Shown: positions 54,270-64,000 of the stretch, piece after piece
How positions within the stretch are numbered: position 1 is the first letter of the stretch
How the letters are laid out: every line of letters starts with the position of its first letter
Origin: Antedon mediterranea
Taxonomy: Eukaryota; Animalia; Echinodermata
DNA: 64,000 nt
Direction: 5' to 3'
NCBI RefSeq assembly: GCF_964355755.1
Contig: NC_092671.1
Span: forward strand, 40,434,304-40,498,303
Position numbers and translations under genes: made by a program
The notes under the pieces: model-generated
Told to the model about the DNA's origin: nothing
The model's input: the letters and a program-made list of their open reading frames with translations, nothing else
The model's database searches: none

Positions 54270-54801
54270 ACATTGGACATTTGGAAAAATTAATCAAAAC
54301 AAACCAGCAATTTTCAGGTATCATTACACAAGTACAATTTATGTATCGACAATAAATTTCACTTCAGCATTTTGATGTACCTCCTTTTAGACTGAAAATT
54401 TCCGAATATTTTATTTCTGTTTCAGGACCGCGAATCTGGAATGATCTTGATGATAAACTAAAGCATTTTAAATCTCTTTATACTTTTCGTAAAAATTTTA
54501 AAAAATATCTTATTTCTTTATACTAATTTTAATATTATTATGATTGTAGTACACTGAAAGTATCTATTTTTATTTCATCGTTTTTGTTTTTATTTATTAT
54601 TTTATGTAGTAAATTGTATTAGTTTAAATGTATGTGTATTGTTTCTGGGGTCTTTCTCGAGACAAGAAACTTGTTTTCTTCTAGAGAAGACCCCAAATGA
54701 TGGCTTATTACTATGTTTTCATTTATGTACACACCTATAATTATATTATACTGTATAATGCCATTGTTGAATAAATAAATGTTTTTTGAACTTGAACTTG
54801 A
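54270..54801 (+). mobile_element. 5'-truncated CR1/L2-group LINE remnant
   Basis: ORF2-like C-terminus FRLKISEYFISVSGPRIWNDLDDKLKHFKSLYTFRKNFKKYLISLY*, a 3' UTR stem-loop (TGGGGTCTT...AAGACCCCA, about 54647-54694), AATAAA and a (TTGAAC)n tail. Confidence 0.75.
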
Positions 54802-55324
54802 GCTAGTGTAGCATTAAATGGCCTTATGCTGCCTACTGGGTGGATAGCCATATTAATTATCAGATAAATAGCATATAGCGCGTGTTAACAAGGTATACCT
54901 GGAGAGGTTAGTTTCAACCGTGATATTACAATATCATTAATGAACTAAATGAAGTGTACTGTATCTAAAGACAACAGCTTATTATCACAGTATTTCTCAT
55001 CACATGCTGGATAAAGGGCCAAGGTCGGGAAAAATTCAAGAACTGACTTCATTTATTTTTTATAACGAAAACATCATAAAGAAAGTAATTATTTATTATA
55101 CAACTATAAATTGATAAAATAAAGGAAAGTCATGTCAAACTACTGTATAGCATCATGTACTGAAATATTAAATTATTTACCCTCTATTTTAGTACAAAAT
55201 AAACATTAACAATAACATAAAGTTTTTTAAATAATTATTTTAAAAAAAATGCAAATTTGGATAAACAATTTTAATAAAAATTAATATGACAAAGCAAAAT
55301 AGAAAATTTAAATAACTATTTAAA

Positions 55325-55900
55325 ATGTTTATAAAATGTCACATAAATAATTAATGTTTATGAGCGTGATGGTACAAATAATTTCATGAGTGAGGTGAAA
55401 GATGAAATTCTATATTCACAAAGTCAAAATAGAGCGTGAGATTTTTTTGTTTTCGTACATGAAAAAAGTATTAAAAAAAAGTACTATTACATGATTGTTA
55501 AATAGTAGGTATTATATAACACCTATATAAATTCCTGTCATTTGATTGGACGAATGTGGGTCACATGGCGTGCAATAGTACGCACTATTCAACGATCGTT
55601 AAATAGTACTTTTTGAAACATTTTTGTGTACGAAAAAAAAACGTCTAGATGTTATATAAAACAAATAATGAATGTTTTGTATTCGTGTAATGGTACAAAT
55701 AATGGCACTTGGTGAATGATGAAAGGTTATATCAACTCGGCTTTGCCTCGTTGATATAACCTTTCATCATTCACCTCGTGCCATTATTTGTACCATTGCA
55801 CTCATAAACATTCATTATTTGTATACTATTGCATGCCATGCAACTCACAATAATTATCCAATAAAATGACAGAATTTTTTATTTACATGTTATATAATAA
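55325..55900. mobile_element. Composite palindromic MITE-like element
   Basis: About 160-bp hairpin 55662-55822 centred on AACTCGGCTTTGCCTCGTT, plus a degenerate copy of one arm at about 55350-55420 and matching TTATTATATAACA / TGTTATATAATAA segments. Confidence 0.6.
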
Positions 55901-56981
55901 ACAGAACTATTATTTAGGCATAATACACTAGACCATAATTTATGTAAGTCATAGATAGTCTAGGCCTAGTAGGCCTAGCTCTTTTATCTTTATGTTGAAT
56001 GACTGGTGACAGACTAATGTCTGATGATGTAGCCTATCTAGCTAGCCTAGCTCTAGGCATATATAATGCTAAAATGGTGGTGTGGTGAGCTAGTTAGTAC
56101 TAAGTACCGACTGGTACTAGTAGTAGTAAGTACGCACTGTAAATCCATAGTTTCACTAAATTTATTATATCTGCAAATAACTAATACCAATCAATAAAAT
56201 GTTATAATAAACAATACAAAATAATAGATAGATAACACCTACCTTAAAATTCTATATTGTGGATGAAACCATTTATAATTTACGTCAGACCGACTACTCA
56301 TTCAACTGGCAACACGGAAACGCTTGGGATTTCCTATGCTTTCAACGAATTCTCTATCGATCTAATAAAAAAACACTTTAGCGCCACCAATATCCAGGGA
56401 TAATCATGTGTTGGAGAAAATCGTTGGTGGCTCAAGTTTGGACTATCTTATTACTATAGAATGAAATATACCGATTTTTAATAAAATATTTACATATTTC
56501 GTTCGTTATAAACGGTTTACAACTATAAAATTTACATTATATAAATATTCAATGTAAATTAAATAATAAAGAAAAGTTAAATCTTATAAATTAGAATAAA
56601 TTATTTTACGTACACTACCAATTATAAACCGCATTGAATAATAGAATCTTCCATACAAAAATGATTAATATTTGTATTTTGTTTGATTTATTTATTTTTT
56701 TAATTACTTTTACGCAATATTATTGTTATAGATTAAATCTAATTGAAATTTTATATTTAAAACCGTTATAAATAGTATTTTTAACGATATCTCGACCGAA
56801 ATAATTTGACCTCCGACAAAAGCCGATTAGTAAGACGAAGTATCCCGTATGTAGAATGGCGACTAAACCACCTAAAAGTGTTACGTGCTATGGGTTGAAA
56901 TAGATGTTTATTTATTGCCAATATCGTTCAAACTTTAAGGCGATTCTTCGTAGCCGAAAAGCCTCATAGATTCTGGCATTG

Positions 56982-59900
56982 ATGGTGATGCATGCAAGGA
57001 AAATTCCTCGTCTTACTGATGGGTAATAATATATTAATTTGTGTGAAATTTTTGGGTGCAGGAAGTCCAGAAAATCGGCCATCATTATTGAATGTTTGTG
57101 TTTTTGCCGTATGAAAATCACTTGATTTTTCCTACTAGAAAATAAAAACTTTAACAATGTGACCAACAATAAGTTTGATTAACATTTCTATTTTCTTTTC
57201 AGGTATAACGAAAAATTGGAAACCCATCCGCTTCAGGTGTGTTGAAGAAATCTGATGTTATTTTCTGGCTCAACATTCAATTCGTTGGACCAGCCACACA
57301 CCCACTTTCACTCCAGCAGAGCAAAATAGGCCTAGGCCTAGCTCGAAATAATGCTTGTTTTTCATAAATAATAATTATTTAGATGTTTCAGTTATTACCC
57401 TTTATAGTGTTATAAAATATGCAAAATACATGACTTTTTTTGTTATTATATTTAGAATATAAACTTCCAAATCAACACCAGCCTCTCTTATTACACTACT
57501 AGGCCTAGTACTACCAGCCCTTCAATTGCAGAGTACCCCACTGCAATGGCTCTTCTATCCAACCAGCTGGGATGCAAGGGTAGCTAATTCACTAAAAAGT
57601 AGGCCTAGCTAATATATGTGCTTAGGGATACCTGACTGGAAATCATGGACAGTAGGCCTGTTTTAACTGGTTGAAATGTTGCCTACAGTAGCTAGTCCTA
57701 AGTTCATCTGGACATGAAGATACATGGCCTACTTTAGTTGATGAGACATAGGCCGACCTACAAGAGAAGATAGGGAAATACTTGAGTGCTGGAATCAAAT
57801 GTCAAAATAAATTTGTTAATTAACCAAACAAAAGCTTTAACCTAGTGCCTGTAAAATATTAGGAGATAACACTTTGTTTTTATGAAATTTGTTTTTAGGC
57901 TGTAGATAAACTGTTGTCAAAGAAGAATGGAAATGGTCAACATGGTACCATTAATAGGGACCAAACGAATGATGGTGACATATCAACAAGAAAAGATAAA
58001 ACCAACTGTAGACCTGATCATAACAGTCCACGTACATATAAAAACAAGGCATCGTTTATGCAAAAGCAAAGAGACCGTCAAAGAGGTACTTAATATTAAT
58101 ATTTAACATTTTCTTCAATTTTGTTAATTTAGGACATACAATGATATGTTTAATATGTTTTGCGATTATTTAATATTATTAATATAGATGTGTTACCTAC
58201 AGTACAGAAAGAAATTACTGCTTCGTATCTACGCGTAGGCTTTCTAGGTAGAACGTAGGTCATTGTTCTCTCCTACGATGTATTGTTTGTAGCCTACAAT
58301 GTATTGTTCTCTCCTACGATGTATTGTTCGTAGCCTACGATGTAGGCTACGCCTCGATCGTAGGGTGGTTCGTAGAAGCATGGACAATGCAAACAAACAA
58401 TGTATTGTTTGCTAATTAAAATCCTACCTAAAGACAGTAGGTCAATTTTTGTAGCCGCCCTACGCATCGGTTATCCTAATTTGGACGGAAATCCGCCGAC
58501 GAAACGACATCGGGCCGGTGGACCTCAGCTCACGTAGAGAGATTCAAGGCTAGGCCTAGCCTGTTTCGGCGGCCTACACTATAAATTATTTATTCCTACC
58601 TTGTTGGGTTAGCGAATTATAAAATTAGGACACCAACAAAATATATGCAAAATAAATATATATTCCATATTAAGATTTAACATACATAATAGGCCTTTTA
58701 AAATGATTACGACATGTATAAAGAAAAAGGCCCGACCAGAATTTGGAGGGGAAAAAACATGTTAGCTGAGCAGTTTAGAGAGAGTATTATGTTTCATGTC
58801 ATGTGACACAAAATCCAGGTACACGATCTTAATTACTGTTTTATCGTTGTCAGACGGTAGCCACCCTCTCGTGCTCGTACTGAGTAAAAAAAACACATGA
58901 GAGATTGCGGTAAGCAGAGAGTATCGCGTTTCATGCCATGTGACCAAAAAAAAACTGTCTGTATTAATTACGGTCTTCTGTCGGCAGTCTTTTTGAGCGA
59001 CCGATTGAACGTCCTGATGCTATATTTAGAATGAATTGTTTACGATCTTTTTTTCTCGGCATCGTTTCTGGATGGGACTGGACGTTCGCTATATTATGTT
59101 TATTAGTTGGCCTGTTCGTTGCGGTTCACCTGTGTTGGATCGTGTCTCTACGTTATACATCGTGGGAAATTTATATTCGCCGTTGAGTAGGTAAACACGC
59201 ACGAAGGAAAAGATTATGATTAAAAAATATTACTTAAGAACATCGTAGGGTTGTTTATTTAAGTTACGAACTCCCTACGAAGTTCAGAACGTAGCTCATT
59301 GAAAGTTGTTTATTGAGGTTACGAAGCCAAACAATGGAACCTACGAAGCCAACAACGTAGCCTACGTTCTATCTACGAAGCTACTTCGTAGGTAAAGTTG
59401 CAGTATTTTCTTTCTGTACTGTAGTTCATCTGTTTATTTTTGTAATACTACAGTACTGTACAGGACTACAGACTTAAAGCTATGGGAAATACTGATTCTG
59501 ATTTTCCAAAAGTAACAACCATATTGTATGTTACTTTGATGAAATAAGTGTTTAATAATCAATACTAGCAGAAGAGTGTGGAGTTGCAGTAGTTTATTCA
59601 GTACAGAATTATTCCTTTCAAGTCAAATTTTTCATTCATCCTACGTCCAAAACAGGACTTAAATGAAATAATATAAATAAGTGCATAGTAATAATCATTA
59701 TAATTAAAAAATCAAATCACATTTAAACGCAACATCTTAAATCTACAAAATTCTTATTCATAATACTATTGGCCCATTGAACAAATCATTTATTTTGAAC
59801 TTTTATTTAATAGTCTAATACCAGTTGGAACAAAAGAATTTAGTTTTGTCTTACACAACAGACCATGTGGGAGAAGTTCAAACTCATGAAATAGGGCATG

Positions 59901-62900
59901 TCCGATGTTTTTAAAATACATTTAAAACTAAAATTAGTTTGTCACAAAAAGATAAATATTTTGCAATGAGCAGACATATGTTCTGTAGTACAGTATATTA
60001 AATAATATGTAACAATTATTAATTACTGACGATGAAAATTAAAAAAACTCTTTGTATTTGATTTTATTTTTTTGGAAAGTTCCATATTTTCTCTCGGATT
60101 GCAATTAAACTTGTTTTCGTTTGTGTACAGATCTAAGAGCTCTTATTTTTCCATGGGTCAATCTAGTTTGTATCAAATTCAGAAACTAAACCAGTAAACA
60201 ATATAGATATAGTCAGCACCTCAACATTTTGGTGTACATAGGGTTTCAGTAAAATCTTTCATGAAATTCTAGTCATATGTACAAACACACAGCACATCTC
60301 ATTGTGGATGGCATAGGTATCAGTGCGTAGCAACCTTACTATTTAGACCCTGTTAGGGCTATACTTTTAAAATAATATTTTGGAAAATATATAAACTGAT
60401 AAGAGATGAAAATATTGATAGAGTTTTCAAAGATGAACTCTGAATTTTTGAATTATTGTATTTTTCTGTAGTATCTTCAACTGGTTCATCTCCTGCAGAG
60501 AATTCTCATAATAACCTATCTGGTGCTCATCATACTGCAAGTAATAGTACAGAGCATAGTGCACATGAGAAGAAAATTAAAGAGGTAGGCTACACATACT
60601 TCAATTTTTGTTCATGGATATTTAGTACTTAAGTACAATAAGTAAGGAGGTTCGAAGTATTAAGTAAATGTATATGGGGAATAACCTGCGACTTACAGCC
60701 TACTGGGCTGAATTGCGCACAGGTGTGGAAGGCATACCACCAACTTTCTACTCCCCTAAGGGTCCCTTCATGTCGATTGCTGCTGTATTTTAAACTGTAG
60801 CAAGAAATACCTTTTTAGAGCAATTTAGGTAATATAAATCCTTAAAATAAATTCATCAAAATAGATACAAATTCATCAAGCTGGAAAACCTAGCATTGTT
60901 GTTTAAATTACGGTATTATGCCCTTCATTTTTCCTTAAAAACTCCCAGATTTTACTTTTTAAGTTTATATATATTTTTTTATCTGCAATGCTTAAATATT
61001 TTCTTGTAAAGATACTGGGTAAGGCCCAGCAATGGACAGAACATATTAGCTCCTCTGGAAAGAAATACTATTACAACTGTAAAACAGAAGTATCACAGTG
61101 GGAAAAACCAAAAGAATGGCTTGAACGGTAAGTCATTCGTAAAGCTATTATAAGCAATAATATTCAGCATTGTTTTATGTTTACTATAACTTACTTACTT
61201 TACCCTTAGCTGTTTGGGGGCTGTTGAGGCACCGTAGATAATTTAACAACTCTCCTCTGTGTGGCCCTGTCCTAACCATCCTCTTGTTTTAATGCGAGTC
61301 AGTTTTGTCCATTCGTAGTCCATGTTGTCTTCATTACTTACTTTGCCCTTTGTCATTTAGGAGTTGTTGGGGCACTGTAGATAATTTAACAACACTCCTC
61401 TATGTGGCCCTGTCCTAACCATCCTCTTGTCTTAATGCGAGTCAGTTTGGTCCATTCTTGGTCCATGTTGTCTTCCTTACTTACTTTGCCATTTAGGAGT
61501 TGTTGGGGCACTGTAGATGATTTAACAACTCTCATCTAGTGTCTTATTGCGACAACGTGTTGAATGCGTTGGGATTTTTGCAATAATTCTGTCCTGTACT
61601 GTACACTAGCTAGCTCAATTTTTAACTGGGCCGGATCGGCTAGGTCTCCTTCCTACTACCGGTCTACTTGCTTGATGCAGTATCCGCTTTTTTGGAGAGT
61701 AAACTAGGCCTATTTTAGGCCTACTTATTAGACGATCGGGACACCATACGTGCGGACGGCGATCGGACCTTGTTTTGCCTCAATATTTACAGCCGATTTT
61801 TGTAGAACGTTTTAGGTTTAGATTGTTTAGGAGTTTGGTTTATAGGATGGGTTTGGAATCTGCTGAGTTTTGTTATTTATGGGCCAATCGTTTAGTAATA
61901 GGCTAGCTAGGCCCATGAATGATGGCCCCAATGTTTTAACGTAGCCATCGTGGCATGGAATCCCTAGTCAGAAATTGCTCTCACCCATGAATAAAATGAT
62001 TTAGGCTAGGCCTTCATTCATTCATTCATTCTTTATTTAGCCTTTAAAATCGAAATACATTTAAAACAAGGTAACAAAAACAAGACGGGTGAAAATCTAA
62101 GGAGGCATGGATAAGCAAAAGCAATTAAAATCGCTGTACAGTAGCTCGCAGGCTTGCTTATTCAGGCCTAGCCTAGTACATGAAGCCGATATACGATCTG
62201 TACTATTCGAGGTAAAAAAATAGTATAATTTATGACTCCGTAATCTGTACTAAATTTTGTATTTCATTAAATGTCAAATAAATATATGCTACTACTGTTA
62301 TTATTACACTTTAGGCCTAGCTTAGAAAATCTACAAAAAATGTATTTCACAATGATCGGGTGGTCGTCGTTTGACAGGGGAGAGAGAACACAACGTACAA
62401 GCTTGACGTTGCGAGTTTGGAATCCACTGATGACGTGATTTTGTGAATATCTCATGAATATTAATGAGCTTCTCTAAGCTGCTGAAAAACAGACTTTCCA
62501 TGAATTTACCCTAAAATGTATATGAAATTTAATTTGTTTAATTTCTCGTTATTACTTCTTCATTCTGACATGTCTATATTGTTATAATATTTTTTATTTA
62601 ATAAATAAACAATATTTAAAAGCAATTTTAAACCCAGAATCCCCCTTTAACAACTCTCATCTAGTGTCTTATTGTGAGTCAGTTTGGTTTGATGTTGTCT
62701 TTCTAGTGTTTCTTGGTTCTTTCCTATTTACTCAATTATTATTACTATAGTATGTCATTTTAACTACAAGTGGTACTGTACAGTAGTTTGGTGGATAACA
62801 ACATCTTTGGCTCAAATCTTTTGTCTTGTCACTTTACAAGGATTTTTTCATCAGAGCTTTTTTTAAAAAAGATGATTTATTTTTCAGAGAGAAGTTTCAC

Positions 62901-63868
62901 AAAATGGTCAATGAATCCAATCATAAAATTGGAATCAAACAAACATCAAGTTCAAGTGTTTCTGTTAATAGTAATAACAGCAGTAAAAGTAAGTTTACAC
63001 TTAAATATTTTGACATTGTCAGAATGACAAAAACAATAAAGCTCTGTACTTGTATTATCCAACTGTATGTTTGTGTGTGTATGAGAAAACCTACATTTCA
63101 ATTTTTACTCGCATTCTTAAAATATTTATTTGTTGTAATCCAATTTTTTCCTTAAGCTCTGTCTACACTATCTAATAACTAATGTGATGTGCCCAAATAT
63201 GGTGGTGATATGCCCAAATATGGTAATGGAATGACATCATCATGTCCACATATGGGCACACCACATTTGTTTGTCACATAAAGTTTGATAGTGTAGACAG
63301 AGCTTTAGGTAATGTTATAATTAAATATTAATTGTAACCATTGAATAATTTAAAATGAATTTAATTATACAGGCGGGGAAAGTAAGCATTCCACAGAGAG
63401 CATGCATTCTCAAAATATGGATTTTTTATAAAGACCACTTTTTTCCTTAGGTAATGTTGTAATTAAATGTCTGTAACCGTAACCAATAACCGTTGAAATT
63501 AATTTTAAATTGTACAGGTGGGGAGAGTAAGCATTCCACAGAGAGCAGCACACATGGTAACAAAGATGCTCATTACTTGTCATCGTCATCCTCATATTTT
63601 AATAAAATACATGGAAAATTATCATCGGAGAAGCAGCACAGTAGCTCATCAAGCCAATCAAAGAGTGCCTCCACACCTGTCATCCCCCTTAAAATCCGTT
63701 TTACTTCTGGTGAACAGAGTAATGAAAACCAGACCAGTGAACTTACTCAAAAGGACTCAATACGAAGTGGTCTGGACTTTTTACGAGGCACTAGTTTGTC
63801 ATTGGCTACTGATGCTCATGGAAGGTTAAAGAATTTAGTCGCAAATGCACCTAGAGTAGAACGAATTG
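56982..63868 (+). CDS. WAC: WW domain-containing adapter protein with coiled coil (5' part; continues beyond window)
   Basis: Exons 56982-57022, 57203-57236, 57899-58085, 60472-60584, 61012-61127, 62888-62988, 63518-63868; N-terminus [22 protein letters not shown], and WW domain [33 protein letters not shown]. Confidence 0.95.
58200..59421. mobile_element. Non-autonomous TIR element with TA flanks (Tc1/mariner-like)
   Basis: CAGTACAGAAAGAAATTACTGC and GCAGTATTTTCTTTCTGTACTG, each flanked by TA; subterminal CTACG/CGTAG repeats; no transposase ORF. Confidence 0.78.
61190..61552. repeat. Tandem repeat, about 140 bp x 2.5
   Basis: GTTG(A/G)GGCAC.GTAGAT.ATTTAACAAC at about 61223, 61367, 61502; third unit is interrupted and resumes at about 62646. 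Confidence 0.85.
61553..62650. mobile_element. 1.1-kb insertion, probable truncated DNA transposon
   Basis: Bounded by about 31-bp direct repeats TTTAACAACTCTCATCTAGTGTCTTATTG; CpG-richer than flanks; right end CCCCCTTTAA resembles TTAA-targeting elements; matching left TIR not seen. Confidence 0.5.
63155..63304. mobile_element. Harbinger-like MITE family A
   Basis: Full TIR pair with TTA flanks in a WAC intron. Confidence 0.85.
63306..63402 (+). repeat. Diverged duplicate of WAC acceptor and exon start (copy of 63448-63547)
   Basis: TACAGG(C/T)GGGGA(A/G)AGTAAGCATTCCACAGAGAGCA occurs at 63368 and 63513, with similar upstream intron TAGGTAATGTT.TAATTAAAT. Confidence 0.85.
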
Positions 63869-64000
63869 GTAAGTTTTATGGTTCTTTTAGTTTGTGAAGA
63901 TGGTTTTTTAAACATTTATGTTTGTTGTCAATATCATTTTTATGTATTTTGTTTATGGGAATTTAAGAGGGCCCCTGTATATCAACTGGCAATAATTTGT

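Overview
AT-rich, intron-containing animal genomic DNA (invertebrate deuterostome-like, possibly echinoderm; this assignment is inference). I reconstructed nine spliced or single-exon genes by hand from GT-AG boundaries and phase: the 3' part of ACBD5 (+), SECISBP2L/SBP2 (-), MICOS13/QIL1 (-), CCDC86 (-), an intronless class A GPCR with degenerate motifs (+), a stand-alone synaptotagmin C2B-like gene (-), an atypical FYVE-finger gene (+), the MAGUK MPP7 (-) and the 5' part of WAC (+). The introns and intergenic DNA carry many non-autonomous DNA transposons (about 18 Harbinger-like MITEs, Academ-like, hAT-like and Tc1-like elements, a 2.1 kb foldback), SINE/LINE remnants and minisatellites. The most striking signal is a 32 x 54-bp array in SECISBP2L whose unit spans an exon-intron junction, giving 32 identical in-phase 5' splice donors in an unbroken reading frame between the SID and the L7Ae domain. 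Four further local duplications copy exon boundaries (three decoy acceptors, one stop-codon array). Gene names come from recognition of conserved peptides, not from database searches; exon coordinates were read by eye and may be off by a few bases.
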